Part shown: in pieces, positions 1 through 8,234 of the stretch | Layout of the letters: each line of letters opens with the position of its first letter | Position numbering within the stretch: the first letter of the stretch is position 1 | Assembly (NCBI GenBank): GCA_046485045.1 | Contig: JAWOHT010000273.1 | Span: 648 to 64,647, forward strand | DNA: 64,000 nt | Source: Bacteroidales bacterium | Lineage (GTDB): Bacteria > Bacteroidota > Bacteroidia > Bacteroidales > UBA10428 | Direction of reading: 5' to 3' | The notes under the pieces: generated by a model | What the model was told of the DNA's origin: nothing | What the model saw: the letters and a program-made list of their open reading frames with translations, nothing else | Databases searched by the model: none | Program-made: the position numbers and the translations under genes

Positions 1-38
1 TTTAACTATCTAATCTGACATAAAAATTTAAATCCACC

Positions 39-665
39 ATGAAAACAACTACCCTAAACCGCTTAAGCGCCGGCGCTGCCTTTATTTTTGCGATATGCTG
101 CATTCTCTGGATTGTTTTATCCTACCTTATTCTTCCTGTCGCTGAGGCACAGGGCGATTATTCTTTACTGGTTACCACTCCCGGATGGACGCTTGTATCT
201 TTCACGGGGCTTCTTGCAAGTATTTTTGGCATATTTACTGTTTTTGGGATTTTCCATGCCAATCGTGAAAAAGGTGGCTGGTTGCTGTTTACCGGTATCG
301 TGTTGCTATTTCTGGGCCTCGCCCTTGAGATGGCAAGCCTTACATGGGAGGTCTTTATCTGGCCGGTGGTGTGTGCCAGCGAAGACCATATCTCTTTTGT
401 GAAAGATGCCCTGTTTATAGAATCTATTCAATTCAAATCTTTTATAGTTTCCTTGCTGGGCTTGTTGTTCCTGGGAAACCTCGTTACAGCCATTGCTCTG
501 TTCAGGATTAAGAAATACGGGATCATTGCCCCCGTTTTAATCATGGCTGGTATCCTGCTGTTTGTTGCCGGTAACTTTATCAGTATGCATGTATCCTCAG
601 CAGGGTTGTGTATTTATGCTGTAGCTTTTGTAATGATAGGTTTGAGGTTGAGGAGGGAGGAGTGA
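39..665 (+). CDS. hypothetical integral membrane protein
   Basis: ATG-initiated 208-aa ORF. The translation is almost entirely helix-length hydrophobic segments. I did not recognise a family. Confidence 0.55.
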   Translation: MKTTTLNRLSAGAAFIFAICCILWIVLSYLILPVAEAQGDYSLLVTTPGWTLVSFTGLLASIFGIFTVFGIFHANREKGGWLLFTGIVLLFLGLALEMASLTWEVFIWPVVCASEDHISFVKDALFIESIQFKSFIVSLLGLLFLGNLVTAIALFRIKKYGIIAPVLIMAGILLFVAGNFISMHVSSAGLCIYAVAFVMIGLRLRREE

Positions 666-713
666 ATTAATGTCATGTAAATGTCGCCCCAATGTCGGGG
701 AAAATTCAATACT

Positions 714-749
714 TTTGCTTTGATAGTTTTTAAGTTAACTATAATCTTG
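714..749 (+). promoter_or_regulatory. candidate Bacteroidota sigma-A promoter for the XRE-family gene
   Basis: TTTG at 719-722, a 19-nt spacer, then TAATCTTG at 742-749 (one mismatch to TAnnTTTG), about 20 nt before the ATG at 770. Confidence 0.35.
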
Positions 750-769
750 CCCAAAAATTTCAGTGAACC

Positions 770-1543
770 ATGAAACAGCCGGAATTAGGAAGAAAAATCC
801 TGGATCTGCGAAAGGCAAAGGGCCTTACACAGGATGAGCTTGTTGAAAAGTGTAATATCAGCGTGCGCACGCTGCAACGGATTGAGGCTGGTGAAGTCAC
901 TCCGCGCAGTTATACCGTGAGGATTATCTTCGAAGCGCTGGACTACAATTTTTTTGGTTCACATGGGAATGTATCAGTTGTTTTCGGCAAAGCGAAACAA
1001 TTGATTTCAAACTGGCCCGGGCAATTTTATAAATATTTTCTTGATTTATTTAACTTAAAAACAAACACCATGAGAAAATTAATGATTTTATCAGTTCCGT
1101 TTATCGTTCTTTTTTCTGTTTTATTATTATCCTCTGTTCGTACCAATGCACAAAAGCGGTTAAAAATAAGGGAAAGTTTCGAAGTTGCCAGTTCCAATGG
1201 TGACCATATAAGGTGGTTCAATACCGGCAAGATTGATTCTGTTTGCATGAATTACCACGACAATGCCACCATGATGCCCGACCAGTATCCAGCCATCACA
1301 GGTAAAGACGAGATTCATACTTACTGGACACAACTGTATAACCGTGGTTTGCGGTTTACCGGCTTAACCTGCGATTTTAAGGTTGTAAGCGATTCCATCG
1401 CGGTTGAGCGGGGTAGCTGGACTATCAGTGTAGGGCAGGGATTAAATGTAACCGGGAACTACATGGCACAATGGCGCTACAAAGACGGCAAATGGAAAAT
1501 TGAAAACGAAATGAGTCGCACTGCTTCCCTCAACGAAGAGTAA
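770..1543 (+). CDS. membrane-anchored XRE-family HTH regulator with C-terminal NTF2/SnoaL-like (DUF4440-like) domain
   Basis: The N-terminus (LGRKILDLRKAKGLTQDELVEKCNISVRTLQRIEAGEVTP) is a classic XRE/Cro-type HTH. A hydrophobic segment (LMILSVPFIVLFSVLLLSS) follows at about aa 104-122. The C-terminal ~130 aa has an NTF2-like pattern (W..L..., GSWTI..., W.YKDGKWKI). Confidence 0.7.
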   Translation: MKQPELGRKILDLRKAKGLTQDELVEKCNISVRTLQRIEAGEVTPRSYTVRIIFEALDYNFFGSHGNVSVVFGKAKQLISNWPGQFYKYFLDLFNLKTNTMRKLMILSVPFIVLFSVLLLSSVRTNAQKRLKIRESFEVASSNGDHIRWFNTGKIDSVCMNYHDNATMMPDQYPAITGKDEIHTYWTQLYNRGLRFTGLTCDFKVVSDSIAVERGSWTISVGQGLNVTGNYMAQWRYKDGKWKIENEMSRTASLNEE

Positions 1544-1614
1544 TAAAAGACAACCCGAAATGAACACTGCCGGGTGCAATATTGTTAATTAACAGGTTAT
1601 TAATCTGATTACAT

Positions 1615-2244
1615 ATGTATCCTGAAATAGAAACCCACAAGCAACTTTTACGGTTAAGATTATTGCTGATTTTTCTTATGGCTGTTTCTTTGATGCCGGC
1701 TTTACATGCACAGCAGCATTTTGAAGAATACCGCCTTACGGGAATACGCACCAATACCACAGGGATGATTGTGCTCGGCAGTTGGGCATTGGCCAATATG
1801 GCAACAGGTATTTACGGATGGTCGAAAAACACCGGCCCCAACAAGTATTTTCACCAGATGAATTTATTCTGGAACACGGTGAACCTCTCTATTGCTTCTG
1901 TTGCCTTTTATAACCTTTACACCACCGATTTTTCATTCATGGGCCAGGAAGAATTTCTGGCAAAGCAGATGAAGATGGAAAAAACCCTGCTGATCAATTC
2001 ATTTCTTGATATCGGCTATATTGGCACAGGTTTTTTGTTGAAACATTTGTCTGAAAATTCGGTCAACAGGCAGGCGCTGCTTAAAGGTTACGGTAACTCA
2101 TTGTTGCTTCAGGGCGGTTTTCTGCTGGTTTTTGATCTGATTTTATACGGTATTATCAGGGCAGACAGAATGGATTTTCTGCAATCGGCAGGCATTACAC
2201 TTTTAGATGGAGGATTCATGCTCACCATAGCTTTAAGGTTTTGA
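1615..2244 (+). CDS. hypothetical membrane protein
   Basis: 209-aa ORF with an N-terminal signal/anchor segment and several hydrophobic helices. Family not recognised. Confidence 0.5.
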   Translation: MYPEIETHKQLLRLRLLLIFLMAVSLMPALHAQQHFEEYRLTGIRTNTTGMIVLGSWALANMATGIYGWSKNTGPNKYFHQMNLFWNTVNLSIASVAFYNLYTTDFSFMGQEEFLAKQMKMEKTLLINSFLDIGYIGTGFLLKHLSENSVNRQALLKGYGNSLLLQGGFLLVFDLILYGIIRADRMDFLQSAGITLLDGGFMLTIALRF

Positions 2245-2260
2245 TAAAACATGATACCCG

Positions 2261-2420
2261 TTCTCTGCGCAGCAAATTTTTTTCTCTGCGCACCCGTTGT
2301 TAATCGCATGCGCATCGGTTAAATTTTTTCTAAGCATCGGATGATATTTTCCTAAGCATCCGGCAAATGTTTCCTGCGCAGGAAAATTTTTTATCACAGC
2401 AGAAAATTTTTTCTCCTGAA
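2261..2420. repeat. degenerate ~20-nt direct-repeat array with CTGCGCAG palindromes and recurring AAAATTTT tracts
   Basis: Units look like TTCTCTGCGCAGC-AAATTTTT, TTCTAAGCATCGG..ATTTT, CCTAAGCATCCGGC-AAATGT, TTCCTGCGCAGG-AAAATTTT, TTATCACAGCAG-AAAATTTT and TTCTCCTGAAAG. A perfect 16-nt palindrome TTTCCTGCGCAGGAAA lies at 2370-2385. The array sits in the convergent gap between two CDS. Confidence 0.6.
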
Positions 2421-2423
2421 AGT

Positions 2424-3299
2424 TTAATTCATTTCATCCTGGTCGTTTTGAGAATGAAAAAACGAATAACTCAGCGAAAAATGGGCCGAATACCCCAGAA
2501 TTTTATTTTCCGAAAAAGCCATGTCTGCCCGTATTCTTCTCTGAACAAAGCCAAATCCGAAGGAATAGTTTGAATATTCGCTGGTTGAAAACCCTATCCT
2601 GGCACAAACACTCCCGATGAAGAAATATTCTGCCCCGGCTGTAATAAAGCCTTTGCGCAGGGAGTTTTTTTCGGCCTCGGCAACCAACAAAAGATTTTCA
2701 TTCAACTTATAGCCAAGACCCGCCTGTATGATTACCGGTATGTCTTTATTTGCAAATTTCTTAAAAGATGCACCGGTAGGATTAAAAACATGCAACCCGA
2801 TAGTAAGCGCTTCTGTGGGTTTTGCCATTGCCCCCCCCTCTACCGCCAGCACAGACATGTCGCCGTAGTCTTCTGATTGATATACGCCCAGCATATTAAG
2901 CTGTATACCTGCTGCGAACTTCTCTCCGAAAGGTTTACCAAATGCAAGTGCAATTTTGCTTTCAAAATATTGTGGGTTACCAAATACTGCCATGCTCGTT
3001 CCAATGGTACCGCTTCGGGTAGGAATTGCAAGGGCAAACGACTGTAGTGAAAACAGTGAAAAGGCGTACTTGTTCTCGTAATGAAAACCAAGTGTAAAAT
3101 CTTCCAGATATGCCAGTCCGGCCTGGTTATGATAATTTGCCCATAAGTCGGTAAGTGTTGTACCGGCGCCGGAAAGCGCCGAAACCCTTGCACCTGAAGG
3201 TAAATTGTCCTGCGAAAATAAGGTGTGACTGTACAGAAACAGTATAATGACAATTAAAATCCTTATGTTGTTTGTTATGGTAACTTTCATTTGCTGCAT
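2424..3299 (-). CDS. PorV/PorQ-family outer-membrane beta-barrel protein (T9SS-associated family, tentative)
   Basis: Signal peptide (ILIVIILFLYSHTLFSQ). The N-terminal motif GARVSALSGAGTTLTDLWANYHNQAGLAYL parallels SRAGAMGDAGVATSPDANSQHWNAAKYAF in the PorV encoded in this same window. Alternating beta-strand pattern ending in an aromatic residue. The ORF-track start at 3317 is TTG; ATG codons lie at 3299 and 3290. Confidence 0.6.
   Translation of the reverse strand: MQQMKVTITNNIRILIVIILFLYSHTLFSQDNLPSGARVSALSGAGTTLTDLWANYHNQAGLAYLEDFTLGFHYENKYAFSLFSLQSFALAIPTRSGTIGTSMAVFGNPQYFESKIALAFGKPFGEKFAAGIQLNMLGVYQSEDYGDMSVLAVEGGAMAKPTEALTIGLHVFNPTGASFKKFANKDIPVIIQAGLGYKLNENLLLVAEAEKNSLRKGFITAGAEYFFIGSVCARIGFSTSEYSNYSFGFGFVQRRIRADMAFSENKILGYSAHFSLSYSFFHSQNDQDEMN
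2831..2838 (-). repeat. G8 (C8 on + strand) homopolymer inside the PorV/PorQ-family CDS
   Basis: The + strand reads gccattgCCCCCCCCtctac. On the coding strand this is GTA GAG GGG GGG GCA (V-E-G-G-A). It is the longest G/C homopolymer I noticed in the window. Confidence 0.9.
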
Positions 3300-3456
3300 G
3301 TTGTGAAATTGTTTCAAGCTACAGGTTATTGGTATAAATACAATAGTCCACAGTTTATAGTCTCAAGGTTCATAAGTAAGTTATCGTCAGTCTTCAATTT
3401 TCAAATTATCACATTAGCAAATTATCGAATCGTTGATTTCTTCCATCCTTCCTTTA

Positions 3457-3540
3457 CTGCTCCTGCCACTGCTCCTGCTCCTGCCCCTGCCCCTGCCCCT
3501 GCCCCTGCCCCTGCCCCTGCCACTGCCACTGCCCCTGCAC
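3457..3540. repeat. hexanucleotide microsatellite (CTGCNC)14 with a (CTGCCC)6 core; (GGGGCA)n on the - strand
   Basis: Direct reading gives the units ctgctc, ctgcca, ctgctc, ctgctc, ctgccc x6 (3481-3516), ctgcca x2, ctgccc, ctgcac. It lies 6 nt beyond the purE stop codon and about 160-240 nt upstream of the PorV/PorQ-family start. Confidence 0.95.
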
Positions 3541-3546
3541 TTCTCC

Positions 3547-4053
3547 CTAATTCACCTTGTATTTAAATTTTACACTCTTCAGCTCTTCGTTCGCTTTTAC
3601 GATTTTACTTTTCAGCCCTTCTTTAAATGATTTCAACGCCCGGGCTGTTTTTTCATCGCTCAGTGCCAGCATCTGTGCTGCAAGGATACCGGCATTCTGT
3701 GCGCCGTCTATTCCTACTGTGGCAACGGGTATGCCAGGGGGCATCTGCACAATGGCGAGTAAAGAATCCATTCCGTCAAGAGAAGCGTTTATCGGCACCC
3801 CTATTACCGGCAGTGTTGTCATTGAAGCAATAACACCCGGCAAATGGGCGGCCATGCCCGCGGCGGCAATAATCACCTTTATCCCCTTACTCTCAGCGCC
3901 TTTGGCAAATCTCTCCACCTCTTCGGGAGTGCGGTGCGCCGAAAGAGCGTTAATTTCGAAAGGTATTTCCATCTCATCGAGTATTTTCGCGGCTTTTTCC
4001 ATTACTGGCAGGTCTGATGTACTGCCCATGATGATGCTTACTTTGGCTGTCAT
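3547..4053 (-). CDS. purE: N5-carboxyaminoimidazole ribonucleotide mutase
   Basis: 168-aa product with the motifs IIMGSTSDLPVM, LSAHRTPE, IIAAAGMAAHLPGV and PVIGVP, typical of PurE. Confidence 0.92.
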   Translation of the reverse strand: MTAKVSIIMGSTSDLPVMEKAAKILDEMEIPFEINALSAHRTPEEVERFAKGAESKGIKVIIAAAGMAAHLPGVIASMTTLPVIGVPINASLDGMDSLLAIVQMPPGIPVATVGIDGAQNAGILAAQMLALSDEKTARALKSFKEGLKSKIVKANEELKSVKFKYKVN

Positions 4054-4142
4054 GGTTGATATTTTTTAGAATTAGCTATTATAGCCTAAAAATAGTCCAA
4101 TAATTTGTAATTTCGCAACGAACATTTACCGGCAATTTCAGA

Positions 4143-4682
4143 ATGGATAAAATTACCATACTCGACAAGGACTTCGGTCTTTTTATCAGCAATACAGAAA
4201 TTCATGCTGCAATTTTGAAAATGGCCGGGAATATTAACAATGACTTTACCGGTAAAGATGTTGTGGCCCTGGGTATACTCAACGGAACTTTTATGTTTGC
4301 ATCTGATCTGCTCCGTGAGATAAACTTCAATTGTCGTGTTTCTTTTCTTAAAATGGTTTCTTACCAGGGTGATATTAGTTCAGGCACTGTAAGAAAGCTT
4401 ATCGGACTTGATGAAGATATTCGGGGCAAAACAGTTTTATTAATTGAAGATATCGTTGATTCAGGACTCACATTGGATACCGTACTGGCATACCTCGAAA
4501 GTTTCAGGCCATTAGGGATTAAAGTGGCAGCCCTGTTATTGAAACCTGAGAAGTATCATCACAGGACAAATGTTGATTATGTTGGCTTCGAAATACCAAA
4601 CGATTTTGTGATTGGGTACGGGCTCGATTACAATGGCTACGGAAGAAATCTGAGAGATATTTATAAAGTAATTAACCAATAA
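4143..4682 (+). CDS. hpt: hypoxanthine phosphoribosyltransferase
   Basis: 179 aa with the PRPP-binding motif VLLIEDIVDSGLTL and the C-terminal signature DFVIGYGLDY. Confidence 0.9.
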   Translation: MDKITILDKDFGLFISNTEIHAAILKMAGNINNDFTGKDVVALGILNGTFMFASDLLREINFNCRVSFLKMVSYQGDISSGTVRKLIGLDEDIRGKTVLLIEDIVDSGLTLDTVLAYLESFRPLGIKVAALLLKPEKYHHRTNVDYVGFEIPNDFVIGYGLDYNGYGRNLRDIYKVINQ

Positions 4683-4693
4683 ATAGATAGTAT

Positions 4694-5269
4694 ATGTTAA
4701 ATATTGTATTGTTTGGCCCTCCGGGCGCAGGTAAAGGAACACAGGCAACTAAAATTATTCAAAAGTATCAGCTGGCGCACCTCTCAACCGGCGATATACT
4801 TAGGGGCGAACTGTCTGCCAAAACAACACTTGGTGTTGAAGCTAAAAAGTATATGGATAAAGGCGAACTTGTACCCGATGAGGTAGTGATAGGGATGATA
4901 GAATCAAAAATTGAACAGAATGCCGGCGTCAAAGGGTTTATTTTTGATGGGTTTCCACGAACCACAGCACAGGCTGAGGCATTAGACAAGATGCTGAACA
5001 AAAGGAACATTCCCATTACCATTATGTTATCGCTCGAGGTTGAAAAAGACGAACTTGTGAAACGGTTGCTTGGCCGTGGACAGGAGTCTGGCAGAAGCGA
5101 CGACCAGGATGTTACTGTGATAGAAAACCGTATTAAGGTTTACAACTCTGAGACTGCACCTGTAAAAGGGTTTTATGAGAAACAGGACAAGCTTGAATCA
5201 ATCGCGGGCATGGGCACTATTGATGAGATTTTCAACAGGCTGTGCGAAGCAATTGACAATACAAAATAA
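4694..5269 (+). CDS. adk: adenylate kinase
   Basis: P-loop LFGPPGAGKGTQA, followed by HLSTGDILR and DGFPRT motifs. Confidence 0.93.
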   Translation: MLNIVLFGPPGAGKGTQATKIIQKYQLAHLSTGDILRGELSAKTTLGVEAKKYMDKGELVPDEVVIGMIESKIEQNAGVKGFIFDGFPRTTAQAEALDKMLNKRNIPITIMLSLEVEKDELVKRLLGRGQESGRSDDQDVTVIENRIKVYNSETAPVKGFYEKQDKLESIAGMGTIDEIFNRLCEAIDNTK

Positions 5270-5287
5270 TAAGCTGAAAATAAATAT

Positions 5288-6277
5288 ATGCCTGATTCGA
5301 ATTTCATAGATTTTATAAAGATATATAGTCGCTCTGGCAAGGGAGGGGCGGGATCGGTGCATTTACGCCGCGAAAAATTCGTTCCCAAAGGTGGTCCCGA
5401 TGGAGGCGATGGCGGAAGGGGAGGCCACGTAATACTTAAAGGCAACCGGAATTTGTGGACCCTGCTTCACCTGCGGTATATGAAGCACATTTATGCCGGT
5501 AATGGCCAGAATGGTTCCGGCGGACTTAAAACAGGTGCAGACGGCGAGGATGTTACAGTGGAAGTACCTCTTGGTACCATTGTAAGGAATGAAGAAACAC
5601 AGGAAATTCTTTTTGAAATAACCAGCCATGACGAGACAAAAATCCTGGTCGCAGGGGGCAGGGGAGGGCAGGGGAACAACCATTTTAAATCGCCCACCAA
5701 TCAAACCCCGCGCTATGCACAGCCCGGTGAGCCTGCTATTGAAGGTTTGTATTCTTTTGAGTTGAAATTACTCGCTGATGTCGGGCTTGTCGGTTTCCCC
5801 AATGCCGGAAAATCAACCCTGCTTTCGGTGGTCTCTGCTGCCAAACCAAAAATTGCCAACTACCCCTTTACAACCCTTACCCCAAACCTCGGAATAGTGT
5901 CTTACCACAATAATCGTTCGTTTGTAATGGCCGATATACCGGGGATCATCGAAGGCGCCAGTGAAGGAAAGGGATTGGGGCTAAGGTTTCTGCGCCACAT
6001 CGAACGAAATTCGGTTCTGCTGTTTATGATATCTTCCGATAGTAAAAATATCAGAGAGGAGTACAAGGTGCTGCTTAATGAGCTCAGGCAGTATAATCCT
6101 GAACTTCTTGACAAGAAGAGGATACTCGCGATAACAAAAGCCGACCTGCTTGATGAGGAACTAATGGATGAAATAACACAGGATTTGCCCGATATAAAAT
6201 ACCTGTTTATATCGGCACCTACTGGTAAAAATATCAGTAAGCTCAAAGATGTTTTGTGGAATGAACTTACCTCCTGA
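5288..6277 (+). CDS. obg: GTPase Obg/CgtA
   Basis: N-terminal Gly-rich Obg fold ([28 protein letters not shown]), followed by G1 GFPNAGKST and G3 DIPG motifs. Confidence 0.93.
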   Translation: MPDSNFIDFIKIYSRSGKGGAGSVHLRREKFVPKGGPDGGDGGRGGHVILKGNRNLWTLLHLRYMKHIYAGNGQNGSGGLKTGADGEDVTVEVPLGTIVRNEETQEILFEITSHDETKILVAGGRGGQGNNHFKSPTNQTPRYAQPGEPAIEGLYSFELKLLADVGLVGFPNAGKSTLLSVVSAAKPKIANYPFTTLTPNLGIVSYHNNRSFVMADIPGIIEGASEGKGLGLRFLRHIERNSVLLFMISSDSKNIREEYKVLLNELRQYNPELLDKKRILAITKADLLDEELMDEITQDLPDIKYLFISAPTGKNISKLKDVLWNELTS

Positions 6278-6282
6278 CATCC

Positions 6283-6858
6283 ATGCTTGAACTGCTGGCT
6301 GATACCGACACAACACTCTTCCTGTTTCTTAACGGGTTTCATTCCCCTTTCTGGGATGATGTTATGTGGTTTGTCAGTGGTAAAATGCAGTGGATACCTT
6401 TATATCTGGCGATTATTTCATGGATGATTTATAAGTTCAGGTGGAAAGCTGTTTATATCATTATTTCGGTAATTATTCTTATTGCACTAACCGACCAGCT
6501 GGCAGTAAAACTGTTTAAAGAAACCGTATTACGATTACGGCCTTGCCATCAGCCTGAACTCAGCCGGCTTGTTCATCTTGTAAATAACCATTGTGGAGGT
6601 AAGTACGGTTTTATTTCCAACCATGCCGCCAATTCATTTGCTCTGGCAACATTTACTGCCTTTATCTTCAGAAACCGTATTTTCACGATGTTTATTTTTT
6701 TCTGGGCGGCCGTAGTTGCATACAGTAGGGTATATCTCGGGGTGCATTTCCCTGGTGATATCATAGCAGGGGCCATGTTTGGCATGCTTGTGGCAGTTTT
6801 GGTTTTTATTGCCTTAAAAACTATCAATAATAGGTTTAAACTTGGCTTATCCGGATAA
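6283..6858 (+). CDS. PAP2-family membrane phosphatase
   Basis: Multiple TM helices plus the acid-phosphatase motifs RLRP, SNHAANS and SRVYLGVHFPGD. Confidence 0.8.
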   Translation: MLELLADTDTTLFLFLNGFHSPFWDDVMWFVSGKMQWIPLYLAIISWMIYKFRWKAVYIIISVIILIALTDQLAVKLFKETVLRLRPCHQPELSRLVHLVNNHCGGKYGFISNHAANSFALATFTAFIFRNRIFTMFIFFWAAVVAYSRVYLGVHFPGDIIAGAMFGMLVAVLVFIALKTINNRFKLGLSG

Positions 6859-6881
6859 AGATTTTTCTGTTACCTCTCATT

Positions 6882-8105
6882 CTAACCGGCATTCAGTTCG
6901 GTAATTTTAACAATGGTCATCACGGCTTTTTCCATCGAGTTTACAGGTATAAATTCGAATTTGCTGTGAAAATTGTGTCCGCCTGTAAAGAGGTTTGGAC
7001 ACGGCAATCCCATAAAAGACAGCCTGGCCCCGTCGGTACCTCCGCGAATTGGTATTGACTTTGGCTTAATTCCCAGCTCGGTCATTGCTTTCATGGCCAG
7101 TTCAATGATATGAAAATTGGGCTCAATTTTTTCACGCATATTGTAGTACTGGTCTATCATGGTGATTTTTACAGTTCTGGGGCCATATCTTATGTTCAGG
7201 TGATCAACAATTTTTATCATCAGGTCTTTTTTCTTGTTGAACTCAGCCTTGTCGTGGTCGCGGATAATATAATTCACCATAGTGGTCTCAACCGTGCCAT
7301 TGAATTCTGTAAGGTGGTAAAAGCCTTCATAATTATCAGTATGTTCAGGCGTTTGATGGCCGGGAAGCATACTGTTAAGTTCCATGGCAATGAGCATCGA
7401 GTTTTTCATTTTGTTTTTGGAAGTACCGGGATGTAAATTCAGCCCCTGGATAGTAATTTTTGCACGCGCTGCATTAAAATTTTCATATTCAATCTCACCA
7501 AGGCCGCCTCCATCAACCGTGTACGCAAAATCGGCGCCGAATTTTTTAACATCAAAATTGTCAGCGCCCCTCCCAATTTCCTCATCAGGGGTGAATGCTA
7601 CCTTAATGGCCCCATGTTTTATTTCAGGGTGGTTTACAAGGTACTCCATAGCTGTAACAATCTCGGCAATACCCGCTTTGTTGTCGGCACCCAAAAGGGT
7701 TAAACCGTCGGTTACAATCAGCGGCTGGCCGATATAATTGTTCAAAGACGGAAATTCAATGGGAGAGAGAACAATATTGTTTTTTTGGTTTAAGACTATG
7801 TTTTTACCGTAGTATGTATCAATTATACGGGGATTCACGCTTTCTGAATTAAAATCGGGAGAAGTGTCAAGATGCGCGATAAAACCGATAACCGGCGCCT
7901 GTTTGGAACAATTCGAAGGCAACGTAGCCATCAGGTACCCGTTCTCGTCTAACGAAATATCTTCCAGTCCGATATTTATAAATTCCTCTTCAAGCATTTT
8001 ACCAAGTTCTGTCTGGCCTTTGGTAGTTGGCGACTGCTTTGAGTTTTCATCAGACTGGGTGTTGATTTTTGCATAATTTATAAATCTTTCAACTAAATTT
8101 TTCAT
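6882..8105 (-). CDS. pepT: peptidase T (tripeptide aminopeptidase, M20B)
   Basis: 407 aa. The N-terminus ERFINYAKINTQSDE, the motifs IAHLDTSPD and GADNKAG, and the C-terminal GGTDGA are PepT-like. Confidence 0.88.
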   Translation of the reverse strand: MKNLVERFINYAKINTQSDENSKQSPTTKGQTELGKMLEEEFINIGLEDISLDENGYLMATLPSNCSKQAPVIGFIAHLDTSPDFNSESVNPRIIDTYYGKNIVLNQKNNIVLSPIEFPSLNNYIGQPLIVTDGLTLLGADNKAGIAEIVTAMEYLVNHPEIKHGAIKVAFTPDEEIGRGADNFDVKKFGADFAYTVDGGGLGEIEYENFNAARAKITIQGLNLHPGTSKNKMKNSMLIAMELNSMLPGHQTPEHTDNYEGFYHLTEFNGTVETTMVNYIIRDHDKAEFNKKKDLMIKIVDHLNIRYGPRTVKITMIDQYYNMREKIEPNFHIIELAMKAMTELGIKPKSIPIRGGTDGARLSFMGLPCPNLFTGGHNFHSKFEFIPVNSMEKAVMTIVKITELNAG

Positions 8106-8234
8106 GGCTTGATCTGATCATGTTTTCAAATGTTAAAATACAAAAATATTAAAATGATACCTATTGTTTGGTGATTCATTATTAACAAATCAAAATAAAA
8201 CGTTATTTTAGGAACATTAGTCAGTTGATGTAAT

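Noticed and set aside
770-1543. Splitting the XRE/SnoaL ORF into two genes
   Set aside because: There is no stop codon between the HTH part and the Met101 signal-like segment, so the continuous frame supports a fusion. The internal-start possibility is reported as a hypothesis only.
2261-2420. Possible CRISPR array
   Set aside because: The units are only about 20 nt, are degenerate, and have no unique spacers between them. There are no cas genes in the window.
3291-3566. 91-aa + strand ORF encoding an (Ala-Pro)n stretch across the hexamer repeat
   Set aside because: The Ala-Pro run is just the translation of the CTGCCC microsatellite. The ORF overlaps the 5' end of the PorV/PorQ-family gene and the 3' end of purE on the opposite strand. 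It has no promoter-like context and no recognisable domain.
3557-4069. 170-aa ORF antisense to the whole of purE
   Set aside because: It is a low-complexity Ala/Ser/Ile-rich translation that mirrors the purE frame. purE itself is unambiguous, so this is a typical shadow ORF.
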